DNA from: a bacterium
GTDB taxonomy: Bacteria > Patescibacteriota > Minisyncoccia > UBA6257 > UBA9933
Reading direction: 5' to 3'
Length of the DNA: 64,000 nt
Assembly (NCBI GenBank): GCA_030693235.1
Contig: JAUYBE010000016.1
Span: 35,917-99,916, forward strand
Both the position numbers and the translations under genes were made by a program. This document shows, in pieces, positions 9,085 through 18,067 of this stretch (position 1 is its first letter; the number at the start of each line of letters is the position of its first letter). The notes beneath the pieces were generated by a model. That model did no database searches. It worked only from the letters and a program-made list of their open reading frames with translations, and had not been told where the DNA came from.

Positions 9085-9672
9085 TTATCTCAAGAATTTA
9101 AACGAGGCGAGGATTTGGTTGAAAGCGCTCTCATGTCCATAAAATTTTGATGAGCCGCCTATTCCTAATATCACTTTATATTGACCGAGTAGTAAAACAA
9201 CTGCCACCTCAGACAAACTTTCAAATTCATATTCATATTTAATACCGAGCACTCCATCGACAACTATTGTAGACGTAGTTGCCCCTATACTGAGAAATGT
9301 GCGATCAGCGAATTCGGGTAAGACGACGTTGACATCAAAAACTGAGAGGTATTTACCCTCCTTATTCCAATATTCAACTTGGAGATTAAATTTACTATAA
9401 TAACTTCCGAAAGTATTCTCTTGAACAATTAAATCATCAGGGTACTGAAATTCAAATCCATAGTCAGCGTTAGTGTACGTTTTCGTGTTATTCGCACTAC
9501 TTGCTTCAATAGGAAGAGTCAATGATGGTATTACTTGCGGTGCTGAAACTGGAAGCTGATTTTGTGGCAATGGCTTCGGTAATTGTCTGACAAAAATATA
9601 CCCCAAAACTGCAAACACCCCTACAAAAAGGATTGCTGAAATCAACAAATACTTTTTTTTAACAGAGGGCAT
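9085..9672 (-). CDS. hypothetical membrane-anchored/secreted protein
   Basis: N-terminal signal-anchor (LLISAILFVGVFAVLGYIF). No recognisable domain. Confidence 0.45.
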   Translation of the reverse strand: MPSVKKKYLLISAILFVGVFAVLGYIFVRQLPKPLPQNQLPVSAPQVIPSLTLPIEASSANNTKTYTNADYGFEFQYPDDLIVQENTFGSYYSKFNLQVEYWNKEGKYLSVFDVNVVLPEFADRTFLSIGATTSTIVVDGVLGIKYEYEFESLSEVAVVLLLGQYKVILGIGGSSKFYGHESAFNQILASFKFLR

Positions 9673-9682
9673 TATTTCGAGT

Positions 9683-10987
9683 CTATTGCGGTACGATTCT
9701 TACGGAAGCCGAACCTTTAATTATGGTTCCGTTTGTTATTCGACCTACTAAATTTGTTTTGGTACTAGTTGCGGTTAATTGTAGCGCTTGCGTGGATACA
9801 TGGACTGTAAGGTCAATAAATCCATCTCCATTGATGTCACTATAACTTGTCATAGGCTGGCCGTTGTTTTTTAACTTTACTGGTGCATTTGCAACATTGA
9901 TTGTAGTTGCGTCGATTTGCCTGACATCGAATGTCGCGGAACCGAGGATCGCGACAGGTACAACTCCATTAGATTTCAAATTAATACTGTTCGGATAGTT
10001 GCCGGGCTTGATATCTATTGCCACTGGAATAAAAGAACTGATGGTGCCGGTAGCTACTATGGTGATGCCGTAACCCCGACTTGGTATCTGGCTTACTGAA
10101 ATGTTCTGCGCCAAAAGCATGGTCGTGCTCCCTGTTTGGAACGTAAGGCTATAGGTTGCGGTCGGAGAAGCCCCAACTTCAGGAATGGCCGTAAAGATAT
10201 AATCGCCTGTTTTCTGAACTGGCCAATACACTACATCCTCCGGTTTACCATCGGACCCAAGCTCGCTTTCCGAGTAGTACAATTCTCCAGTCACTTCTCG
10301 GAGAAATTCTTCGTCGGTTTGAATTGCGGTCGTTGCAGTAATGGTAAAGCCATCAGGATCTGTAACGACAAGATCAATCGGGGAGCCGGCTTGCAAAGAG
10401 CCGCCGATGGCGGGGCTAAGGGCTACGCGCCGTAGATCTTGGCTTGCGACAAATCCAATTCTTGCCTCAAACTCTACTTTGGTGGTACTACGAATACCCT
10501 GTTGAGGTGAAAACGCCTCTACAATATCAAACGTTACATTATCACCAACATACATCGCAACATGATCTTTTATGCCATTGCTATTTTTATCAAGAAATAA
10601 CAAATCGCCCGGCTGTAAATCATTTTCAGTTATTGCTTCTGAATTATTTTTATATTGCCCATCCGCTCCATCATAACGAATCACATTGCGCAAAAGATTC
10701 CTTTTGGGGTCAAAAGAACGGTTAAATGCCCATTGTACTAATCCAGAACAATCAAGACCCGCTCCAAAATCTATTGTTCTAATCTTATTGTTCCAGAAAT
10801 TATAGCCGTTGAAAATCAAATTTACGGCTACGTATTCTCTCCGTAAAAGATCCCAACCTTTCCCGCCATAAGTATCGCCATCTCCAATATAAGGAGCATT
10901 AATAACAAGTTTCGCTAAATTTGCGGCTTTAGTAGATAAGGGCAACTGTATTTCAAAATCAATATTTCCCGCTGTGCCGAATTCCTG
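9683..10987 (-). CDS. NlpC/P60-family cell-wall peptidase domain plus C-terminal beta-rich domain; no start codon or signal peptide of its own
   Basis: GLDCSGLVQWAF...PGDLLFLD...IKDHVAMYVGDN supplies the Cys and His of the NlpC/P60 catalytic pair. The ORF caller used TTG at 10945. The reading frame is open up to the TAG at 10988-10990 and is the same frame as the upstream LamG ORF. Confidence 0.6.
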   Translation of the reverse strand, partial: QEFGTAGNIDFEIQLPLSTKAANLAKLVINAPYIGDGDTYGGKGWDLLRREYVAVNLIFNGYNFWNNKIRTIDFGAGLDCSGLVQWAFNRSFDPKRNLLRNVIRYDGADGQYKNNSEAITENDLQPGDLLFLDKNSNGIKDHVAMYVGDNVTFDIVEAFSPQQGIRSTTKVEFEARIGFVASQDLRRVALSPAIGGSLQAGSPIDLVVTDPDGFTITATTAIQTDEEFLREVTGELYYSESELGSDGKPEDVVYWPVQKTGDYIFTAIPEVGASPTATYSLTFQTGSTTMLLAQNISVSQIPSRGYGITIVATGTISSFIPVAIDIKPGNYPNSINLKSNGVVPVAILGSATFDVRQIDATTINVANAPVKLKNNGQPMTSYSDINGDGFIDLTVHVSTQALQLTATSTKTNLVGRITNGTIIKGSASVRIVPQ

Positions 10988-12085
10988 CTATTGTGAAGTA
11001 TTACCCTGCGAATCAACCGCTCTTGCTCGCCATTTATAATCTCCATCTGTTAAATTAGATTTTGTAATAACCGCTTCGCTGCCGGAGTTTACAAAATTGC
11101 TTTCTATTAAATTTTGCTCGTTAAATGGTTGATTAAATTCTTTGAGTTCTATTTGAAGTTTAGCTTGGTCATTATTTGGATCATTAAGAACGGTTTTAAA
11201 AATTACGGTTGAATCAGTAGTGATTGTATTTTCAATGATTTGAGTTTGGCCGTCGGATTTAAATTGTCCAAGATTGGAAATAGCCGGCGGCTGATTCAAC
11301 GGAGAAACTGCTAAATTGTAATAATAAGCAATTTCTTCGGCTGAACGAGCAACTTTGGAAATTCTGATTTCGTCAATTATGCCCTGCATTCTCCCTTGAG
11401 AACTTTGATAACCTCCGCCCCAAGTATGACTATTAATGTATAAAGGATCAGGAGTAGTAACTATTAAATTTGGAGAATAAGTACTTACTGCTTCTAATAT
11501 ACCATTAACATAAACCCTAGAATAACTCCCATCATAAGTAGAAACTACATAATACCACTGATTAGGTTCAAACCAACGAGTACTAATAGACGCGCCACCA
11601 AAATTACCGTTAAAATTCAATTGATTAAAACTAGTTGCACTTGCGCACCAACCTTCTTGATTTCGCATAATCTTTAAACTATAAGCATTGCTTTCGTCTC
11701 CCTTGCCCTTCTGGACGAAAGATTCATTATTTGCCCAGCATCCTAAATCAAACCCCGTAGGATAAACCCATGCCTCAATAGTAATTTGAGACAAATCTCT
11801 TAAAGAAGGATTGTCAGGAACAGTAATATAATCACCAATACCATTAAAATATCTGGCTTTGCCGAATTTACCATCTGTAATTGTCGTACCAATGGCAGTT
11901 CCATTATTTACTCCGGTTTCATCGGTTACTGTGGTGCCGAAAATATCATTAAATCTCCACAAGGCAACCGTATCTGCGTCAACGTTGAATAAATTTTGAG
12001 GGCTTACAACTTGAGCATTAACAAAATCAAAATAAATAATACTTAACGATAAAATAATAAAGATAAATATAAATTTTTTAAACAT
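10988..12085 (-). CDS. secreted LamG-like (concanavalin A-like lectin/glucanase fold) protein, probably the N-terminal part of a larger hydrolase interrupted by an amber codon
   Basis: Signal peptide MFKKFIFIFIILSLSIIYFDFVNA, then the LamG-type jelly-roll pattern (GKARYFNGIGDYITVPD...ITIEAWVYP...YVNG). Ends in TAG at 10988-10990, in frame with the downstream ORF. Confidence 0.55.
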   Translation of the reverse strand: MFKKFIFIFIILSLSIIYFDFVNAQVVSPQNLFNVDADTVALWRFNDIFGTTVTDETGVNNGTAIGTTITDGKFGKARYFNGIGDYITVPDNPSLRDLSQITIEAWVYPTGFDLGCWANNESFVQKGKGDESNAYSLKIMRNQEGWCASATSFNQLNFNGNFGGASISTRWFEPNQWYYVVSTYDGSYSRVYVNGILEAVSTYSPNLIVTTPDPLYINSHTWGGGYQSSQGRMQGIIDEIRISKVARSAEEIAYYYNLAVSPLNQPPAISNLGQFKSDGQTQIIENTITTDSTVIFKTVLNDPNNDQAKLQIELKEFNQPFNEQNLIESNFVNSGSEAVITKSNLTDGDYKWRARAVDSQGNTSQ

Positions 12086-12114
12086 AATTTTATTATAATC
12101 CGACTTTTTATAAT

Positions 12115-12729
12115 TTAATTTTTTTCCGCTAAAACAAAAATTGAATGAGAAATTGGATAAATTCGACCGTAATAACCAATTTTAACGGGCGTTAAATTGT
12201 TTTTATTTAATAAATCCAATAATGTCTTTTTAGAAAAGAACCTAATATGTGCGCCAGTCGGATTAAAATGTTTATTAAAAGCAAAAAATGTAATTAATAA
12301 ATTCTTAATAAATCCATGATAGGGAGTCGTAAATAATACTTTCCCGTCGGGCCGCAAAACGCGCGCAATTTCTTTAAAAGCGTTTTCGGTATCATAAATA
12401 TGTTCAATAACCTCCGAAGAAAAAATAAAATCAACGGAATTATCTTTTACTGGAAATTTTTCACCGTCGTTAACTTTATAAAATTCAACGTCTGACAAAT
12501 CTTTTTCCGCCTGTTCTATTGCTGTTTCAGAAACATCTAATCCGATTAATTTTGCCTTTTGATTTATTTTCTTAATTTCTCCCAAGATTTTCCCGTTGCC
12601 GCAACCAAAATCAACAATCATACTGCCTCCCAATGGAATAAATTTTTTTAATTTAGGCCATTTAAGCGAAAAGTCGCTTAAATAATCATTTTGCCCTTCC
12701 CAATAATTTTCATAAAATTGCTTAGTCAT
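12115..12729 (-). CDS. class I SAM-dependent methyltransferase
   Basis: MIVDFGCGNGKILGEI (motif I) ... VDFIFSSEVIEHI ... LRPDGKVLF. Confidence 0.75.
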   Translation of the reverse strand: MTKQFYENYWEGQNDYLSDFSLKWPKLKKFIPLGGSMIVDFGCGNGKILGEIKKINQKAKLIGLDVSETAIEQAEKDLSDVEFYKVNDGEKFPVKDNSVDFIFSSEVIEHIYDTENAFKEIARVLRPDGKVLFTTPYHGFIKNLLITFFAFNKHFNPTGAHIRFFSKKTLLDLLNKNNLTPVKIGYYGRIYPISHSIFVLAEKN

Positions 12730-12816
12730 ATTGTCATTAAAATCACTTCAAAATTTTCAAAAACTTGTTGTTTTTTATCCATTAATGAATTATAGTTCTT
12801 TAAATTTAAAAAACAG

Positions 12817-13707
12817 TTATTGCTTTGATTTATTTTTTGCTTCATAAAGCTTCGCGTCAACCAAAAACCTGTACCAACATCCCTGTAAAAAATGAAATAT
12901 CAAGCCTTCTTTGCCGTCTAAAAACCCCAAACGGAAAAAATAGCGATAAATAAAATATAGAAAAACTCGTAAAAATTTAGGGAATTTATAATAAAAATTT
13001 CTTTTTTTACCGGCGCCGTAATCTTTTCTTAATACGTCTTCCGCTTCGCGGCTGGAATAATTATTATGCTTGGCAATCCAATCCGCTAACGGCTTTTTAT
13101 TATCGTCAATAAAATCATTTTTCAATTTTTCCGCTTTTCCTTCCGATAGAATAATGTGTTCATCCATCGCGCGTTGTTCCGAGCGCGCTTTGCCCTTCTT
13201 AAAAAGCCGCAAAATCCAAGTCGGATAATATCCGCCGTGTTTTATCCAGCGTCCCATAAAATATACGCGGCGTTTCATATAATAGCCGTTAATTTTTTGG
13301 ACATCCGATGTCCTAACATTAACGTCAATATTTGGGACATCTGATGTCCCCATATTGAACAATGTTTCGCCAATTTCTTGTTTAAGTTCTTCTGTCAAAT
13401 ATTCATCCGCGTCCAAGCGTAAAATCCACTCATTTTTAATTTTCAAATTATCCAGCGCCCAATTGAATTGCTGGGCCTGATTCTCAAATTTATGCTGAAC
13501 TACCTTCACAGACCCACGCTGACTGTCCGCGTTGGTCCGCGTTAAGTCCGCGTTAGTCAGCGCTTTGGCGATTTCCAAAGTTTTATCAGTGGAATAAGAA
13601 TCAACAACAAAAATCTCATCCGCCCAATCAGCGATATTTTTCATTAACCGCTCAATATGAATTTCTTCGTTGTAAGTTAAAATTATTATTGAAAGAGGAA
13701 TTTTCAT
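12817..13707 (-). CDS. glycosyltransferase family 2 carrying two in-frame repeat insertions
   Basis: IIILTYNEEIHIERLMKNIADWADEIFVVDSYSTDKT...RLDADEYL (DxD). Repeat family 2 at 13299-13350 encodes TSDVPNIDVNVRTSDVQ. Repeat family 3 at 13521-13563 encodes LTRTNADSQRGSV. Confidence 0.8.
   Translation of the reverse strand: MKIPLSIIILTYNEEIHIERLMKNIADWADEIFVVDSYSTDKTLEIAKALTNADLTRTNADSQRGSVKVVQHKFENQAQQFNWALDNLKIKNEWILRLDADEYLTEELKQEIGETLFNMGTSDVPNIDVNVRTSDVQKINGYYMKRRVYFMGRWIKHGGYYPTWILRLFKKGKARSEQRAMDEHIILSEGKAEKLKNDFIDDNKKPLADWIAKHNNYSSREAEDVLRKDYGAGKKRNFYYKFPKFLRVFLYFIYRYFFRLGFLDGKEGLIFHFLQGCWYRFLVDAKLYEAKNKSKQ
13299..13350. repeat. twin-palindrome element, family 2 (GGACATCCGATGTCC ... GGGACATCTGATGTCCC), in-frame in GT2
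   Basis: Two near-identical 15-17 nt perfect palindromes separated by taacattaacgtcaatattt. A second copy lies at 30949-30999. Confidence 0.7.
13521..13563. repeat. GTCCGCG/GCGGACT-type oligomer repeat, family 3, in-frame in GT2
   Basis: gactgtccgcgttggtccgcgttaagtccgcgttagtcagcgc. Related runs lie at 32521-32622, 33015-33060, 34072-34155, 39381-39462 and 47111-47152. Confidence 0.6.
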
Positions 13708-13718
13708 AAATTTTTCGT

Positions 13719-14771
13719 TTACTTAAAATAATTTTCAGCCGCGAATTTATATTGCTGAATAAATAATTCTTTAAATGCCCTGATATTATTTTGTTCATAA
13801 AAAAGTATTGTTGTTTTTTTGTAATCCGCTTCATCAACGCTTCTGTAAGAAAGCGGACAAATATTATGCGCTAAAAGAATGGCATTCCCGACAAGTCGCG
13901 CCGTTCTTTTATTGCCGTCTTCGAAGGGTTGAATATAAGACATCAAAAGCACCGCAATAAGCGCTTTTACGAAAGGATTTGACATTTTATTTATCAATGC
14001 TGTCGCGTTTTCCATTGCTTCACGCAATTGATATTCATTATCCAACGGCTTATATTTCGCGCCGACAACGCCAACGGCACGTTTTCTTATGTTATAAGAA
14101 ACATTTAATCCGGCAACCAATAAACGATGAATATCGCTTATTTTTCTAATTGTTATTTTTTTAAAATCGCTTTTATTGGCGAAAATATAATCAAGCGCTT
14201 TTTTGTGATTTAGAATCATTATCGCCTCTTCTTTTTTGTGCCCCCTGGCTTCTTTGCGCTCTTTAATAAGAATCTCCGTGTCTATCAAAGAATAAGTATT
14301 GCCTTCTATTTGAGAAGATTTCCAACTCAATTCAATCGTCAATCGCTCAAATTCTTTTTTTAAAATCGCCGGAGATAATTTTTTGATTCTTTTAATATAA
14401 TCATCTTTTATTTTTTGCAAATCAGCTAATTCATCTTCGCTTAAAATATTATTCAAGTCTTTAAAAACGCCGAAATTAAATCTTTCAAAAGCCACCCGCC
14501 TTTCATCCGGTCCTTTTTTAAAATATTCATCAATATCAATATAACCAAGCAATTTGCTTTCAACGGCTTCCTGATAATAGACCCCTCGGCCTTTGCCGAT
14601 TTTTTTAATCAATCCGTTATTCGCAAGAATATTGATATCTCTGACAACAGTAATTCTGGAAAGTTCTCCGAATATTTTTTCCGCATAATTTTTAATTTCT
14701 TTATTGCCGGCTTTCCCGCTTTTTCTAATAAATTCAAGAATTTTAAATTGACGAGCAGTTAATTTTTCCAT
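13719..14771 (-). CDS. Fic/DOC (Fido) family protein with N-terminal winged-helix; degenerate Fic motif
   Basis: The core motif reads QPFEDGNKRTAR in place of HPFx(D/E)GNGRxxR, so the catalytic His is replaced by Gln and the second Gly by Lys. The N-terminal KILEFIRKSGKAGNKEIKNYAEKIFGELSRITVVRDINILANNGLI resembles a wHTH. Confidence 0.7.
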   Translation of the reverse strand: MEKLTARQFKILEFIRKSGKAGNKEIKNYAEKIFGELSRITVVRDINILANNGLIKKIGKGRGVYYQEAVESKLLGYIDIDEYFKKGPDERRVAFERFNFGVFKDLNNILSEDELADLQKIKDDYIKRIKKLSPAILKKEFERLTIELSWKSSQIEGNTYSLIDTEILIKERKEARGHKKEEAIMILNHKKALDYIFANKSDFKKITIRKISDIHRLLVAGLNVSYNIRKRAVGVVGAKYKPLDNEYQLREAMENATALINKMSNPFVKALIAVLLMSYIQPFEDGNKRTARLVGNAILLAHNICPLSYRSVDEADYKKTTILFYEQNNIRAFKELFIQQYKFAAENYFK

Positions 14772-14808
14772 CTTTTTATAATTGTATCATTATTTATCAA
14801 TAATTGTA

Positions 14809-14907
14809 TCATTTTGATACAATAAATACAACGATGTTTTTCAATAACCGCTCAATATGAATTTCTTCATTGTAGGTTAAAATTATGACGCTGACGGGGA
14901 GTTTCAT
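14809..14907 (-). pseudogene. truncated duplicate of the GT2 (12817-13707) 5' end
   Basis: Translates MKLPVSVIILTYNEEIHIERLLKNIVVFIVSK-stop, 32 aa. Nucleotides 14833-14888 match 13633-13688 at high identity. Confidence 0.6.
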
Positions 14908-14909
14908 AT

Positions 14910-15614
14910 TTAATATTTTTTATTTCTATTTTTAATTGTTTTTGTCACCCAATCATCCAATAAATCGCAGTTTGGAATAATGCAATGACCGCCGATTTTA
15001 CCGGACATTGCTCTTAAAATCGGCCGAATAACATTTAATTTGCCTAATTTTCTGTACCCCTCATTATAATCTTGATTGGCGATTGTATAAGCTTCATCAA
15101 AATCCAATTTTAATTTATCACTTATTCTTTTTACTTCTTTGGCAAAAATTATATTCCAACCATAATAAGTCGTGTCTAAAATTTTTAGCAGCTCTGTGGT
15201 TTCCGACTTTTTAAAACGCTTTGTTTTTATGCCTATTTTTGAAAAATATCGCGCCGCTTCTTTGGCTTTTTCTCCGCCGAAATATTTTACAAAAGTTTTA
15301 ATCCCTTTTTCCAAGCGGGGATGCACGCCGCGAACAGGGCTATGCACGGCAAAAGAAGATATTTTTTGCGTTGTCCCGACAGGAATTGTTGAATGAATTA
15401 TAACTAACTTAGGATTATATTCCTTAATATAATTTTTAGTAATATTTATAAAATTTTTAACGGGGGGATAACAAATGTGCAGAATATCAAAATCCCCTTT
15501 TAAATCGCTGTCTTTATCTCTAATAGAAATATCATAATGCTTTTTTAAAACATTAAAGAGAGCGCTCCCTATTTCTCCCCTGCCTATAATTAAATGTTTT
15601 TTATTTTTTTTCAT
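14910..15614 (-). CDS. hypothetical NAD(P)-binding protein with UDP-glucose/GDP-mannose dehydrogenase-like motifs (short form)
   Basis: IIGRGEIGSAL Rossmann motif, DILHICYPP, and a C-terminal GGHCIIPNCD resembling the GGxCxPKD catalytic-Cys motif. At 234 aa it is much shorter than canonical UGDH. Confidence 0.3.
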   Translation of the reverse strand: MKKNKKHLIIGRGEIGSALFNVLKKHYDISIRDKDSDLKGDFDILHICYPPVKNFINITKNYIKEYNPKLVIIHSTIPVGTTQKISSFAVHSPVRGVHPRLEKGIKTFVKYFGGEKAKEAARYFSKIGIKTKRFKKSETTELLKILDTTYYGWNIIFAKEVKRISDKLKLDFDEAYTIANQDYNEGYRKLGKLNVIRPILRAMSGKIGGHCIIPNCDLLDDWVTKTIKNRNKKY

Positions 15615-16779
15615 TAATAATAGATTGATATTCTTCTAAGAATTTTTTGGAAATTTTATCTTCTGAAAATTCTCCTTCAACAAGAATTTTACCATTTTCC
15701 CCCATTTTTTTACCCATACCGGCGTTTTCTAACAACGAAATAATCGCCTCACTCAATTCAGCCTCATTTTTCTCAACAACAATGCCGGCTTTAGCGCTCA
15801 CAATATAAGAAGAAATTCCAACCCCTTTTGTAACTACCACGGGCTTGCCCACGGACATCGCTTCAACTACAGACATTCCAAAGCTTTCCGAATACGAAGG
15901 CATAACAAAAATATTACTGTCTTGAAGGGCCGCAATTTTTTCTCCTCCCGCAAGCATACCGGCAAATAACACGCTTTTATCTAATTGGTATCTTCCGATA
16001 AGCTCATTAATTGTTTTTTTAAATCCATCATCTCCTCCCGCGATAACAAGAATCGCTTCGGGATGTTTTTTGACAACTGTCTTAAACGCCGGGACAAGAG
16101 TGTCAAATCCTTTTATCCAGCTCAATCTTCCTAAATATATTACGATTTTTTTATCGTCAGATATATTAAATTTCTTTCTAAAATAACCGCTAGGAAAATT
16201 TTCCGCTATTTTTTCTAATTTAACAATATTTGGAAGAACAATAGATTTTTTCATTGGAAATTTCCCTTTAATATATTCTTCCTCCTCTGTTGGAACAGTA
16301 AAATGAATCGCGGCCGCGCCTCGTAAATTTCTTTTTTCAATCAGCCAATTATATATGGATTTTTTGAAATTTTTCTTTCCCAACGGACTTAGCATAAGAT
16401 TGCCTCTGGGTGAAATGATATACGGTTTTTTAAATTTCTTCGCGTAATACGCGCCAAGCGTTGAAGCGGAAAGAAAAACAGAAGTGATATGAATTAAATC
16501 AAATTGTCCAGAATTTTTCGCAAGAGCTTTATGTAAATCGCGCGAATAAAACCAAGCGCGGGGAAAAGAACTTTTAAAATAAAAAACTTTCACTCCGTCT
16601 ACCATAACCGGTACTCCGGTAGGCGCATTTAAATCATTCGGACCGTCAATATTGGTCGTATAAACAGTCACTTCAGCGCCGGCTTTTGCCAATCCGACAT
16701 TCAAGCTATGGACGCTTTCAATCGGCCCGCCATAACGATGAGCCGGAATATAACTAGGAACTATGTGTAAAATTTTCAT
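15601..16779 (-). CDS. glycosyltransferase family 4
   Basis: N-terminal Glyco_trans_4-like region plus C-terminal ESFGMSVVEAMSVGKPVVVTKGVG. Confidence 0.8.
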   Translation of the reverse strand: MKILHIVPSYIPAHRYGGPIESVHSLNVGLAKAGAEVTVYTTNIDGPNDLNAPTGVPVMVDGVKVFYFKSSFPRAWFYSRDLHKALAKNSGQFDLIHITSVFLSASTLGAYYAKKFKKPYIISPRGNLMLSPLGKKNFKKSIYNWLIEKRNLRGAAAIHFTVPTEEEEYIKGKFPMKKSIVLPNIVKLEKIAENFPSGYFRKKFNISDDKKIVIYLGRLSWIKGFDTLVPAFKTVVKKHPEAILVIAGGDDGFKKTINELIGRYQLDKSVLFAGMLAGGEKIAALQDSNIFVMPSYSESFGMSVVEAMSVGKPVVVTKGVGISSYIVSAKAGIVVEKNEAELSEAIISLLENAGMGKKMGENGKILVEGEFSEDKISKKFLEEYQSIINEKK

Positions 16780-18067
16780 TTTTTCGCTTTATTAAAAAAT
16801 AATGTATTATCAGCAATAATATAAAAATTTTGACCAATCCCGCGTAAACCGGCGCAATCCAATCTTCCATTCCCTTGATAATATTAAGCCATAAAATACT
16901 ATAAATCATTACTCCCGAGAACGAGATGCCGGTTCTTTTGATAAGATATTCATAAATCAAACGAAACAGCATTCCCATAAAAAACATTCCGAAAATAATG
17001 CCTAAAACGCCAAAATTCATATACCAGTCGCCAACAATAGTCACCCCAACGGTTGATTTTACGCTCGGCGCTAAAAGACCCGAACGGTGTCCAAAGTCGC
17101 CGCCTCCGCTGATAATGGGCTTATTCGTCCAAATAAATCGAGGGGGTCCCAAGCTGATAAAAAAATTCAATAATGGTTTGCCGTACAATAAAGGCTCATC
17201 CATTTCAACAATTCTTGAGAAAACAGTAAATTGGTCTATTCTGGAAAAAATACTGTCAAAAGTAAGGTTGCCCGCGTTTTTAGCATAAGTCAAAGAATTT
17301 TCTATGTTTTCAATTGGTCTTTCCGCCAATGAATAATGGCGTAAAATTTCCGGACTTCGGCAAGCATTGCCAAGTGGAAATACTACAATTATTGCTCCTA
17401 AAATTATAATAACAATCTGTTGCCAAGTAACGCGTGAAAAATAAGATTTCAATATAAGATAAAGAATAATCGGCATTATTACGGAAGTTCGATTGCATGA
17501 CGGCAAAGTGTAAACCATTTCCAATATAAATGTTCCCCAGGCTATTTTTTGCCACAAACGATAACGCGCGTCGTTGTTTTTTTTGAAATAAAAATAACTT
17601 GTAAACGCAATAATCAGGGCGACATAAGACAACCAATCAAAAATTCCAAGCAAGCTGTAAAAAGGACTATTTTGAAACCATGGATTTTGTTGCCAATAAG
17701 AATAAACTCCGCCGAAAATTCTTAAAATTTTTATACCCAAGCCCAAAACAAAGACAACCCCAAAAACCCAAAACGCTTTTTTAAAATCCCACTCTGAATC
17801 TAATTTTAAAAATTTAGGTAGCCGTCCGGCAATAGAAGATGTTTGGCGATTATAATACCCGATCGCAAAAAAAATAAGGCCAAGAGTTAGATAAAAAAGC
17901 GCCTTATAATAAACAACTGAATTTTCCCATAAAAATCCGCGAACGCCGAAAAAAAACAAAATTGACGTAAAATAAAAAATAAAAAAATAATACAATATGA
18001 CGGAATTGCCAAGTTCAAAAAAATCAAAAGATTTTACCTTATTTTTGAGCCAAACCGCTATTTTCAT
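16754..18067 (-). CDS. polytopic membrane protein, putative O-antigen polymerase (Wzy-like)
   Basis: 437 aa, at least 10 predicted TM helices. Its position in a glycan locus next to Wzx and GTs supports the call. No strong motif. Confidence 0.45.
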   Translation of the reverse strand: MKIAVWLKNKVKSFDFFELGNSVILYYFFIFYFTSILFFFGVRGFLWENSVVYYKALFYLTLGLIFFAIGYYNRQTSSIAGRLPKFLKLDSEWDFKKAFWVFGVVFVLGLGIKILRIFGGVYSYWQQNPWFQNSPFYSLLGIFDWLSYVALIIAFTSYFYFKKNNDARYRLWQKIAWGTFILEMVYTLPSCNRTSVIMPIILYLILKSYFSRVTWQQIVIIILGAIIVVFPLGNACRSPEILRHYSLAERPIENIENSLTYAKNAGNLTFDSIFSRIDQFTVFSRIVEMDEPLLYGKPLLNFFISLGPPRFIWTNKPIISGGGDFGHRSGLLAPSVKSTVGVTIVGDWYMNFGVLGIIFGMFFMGMLFRLIYEYLIKRTGISFSGVMIYSILWLNIIKGMEDWIAPVYAGLVKIFILLLIIHYFLIKRKNENFTHSS

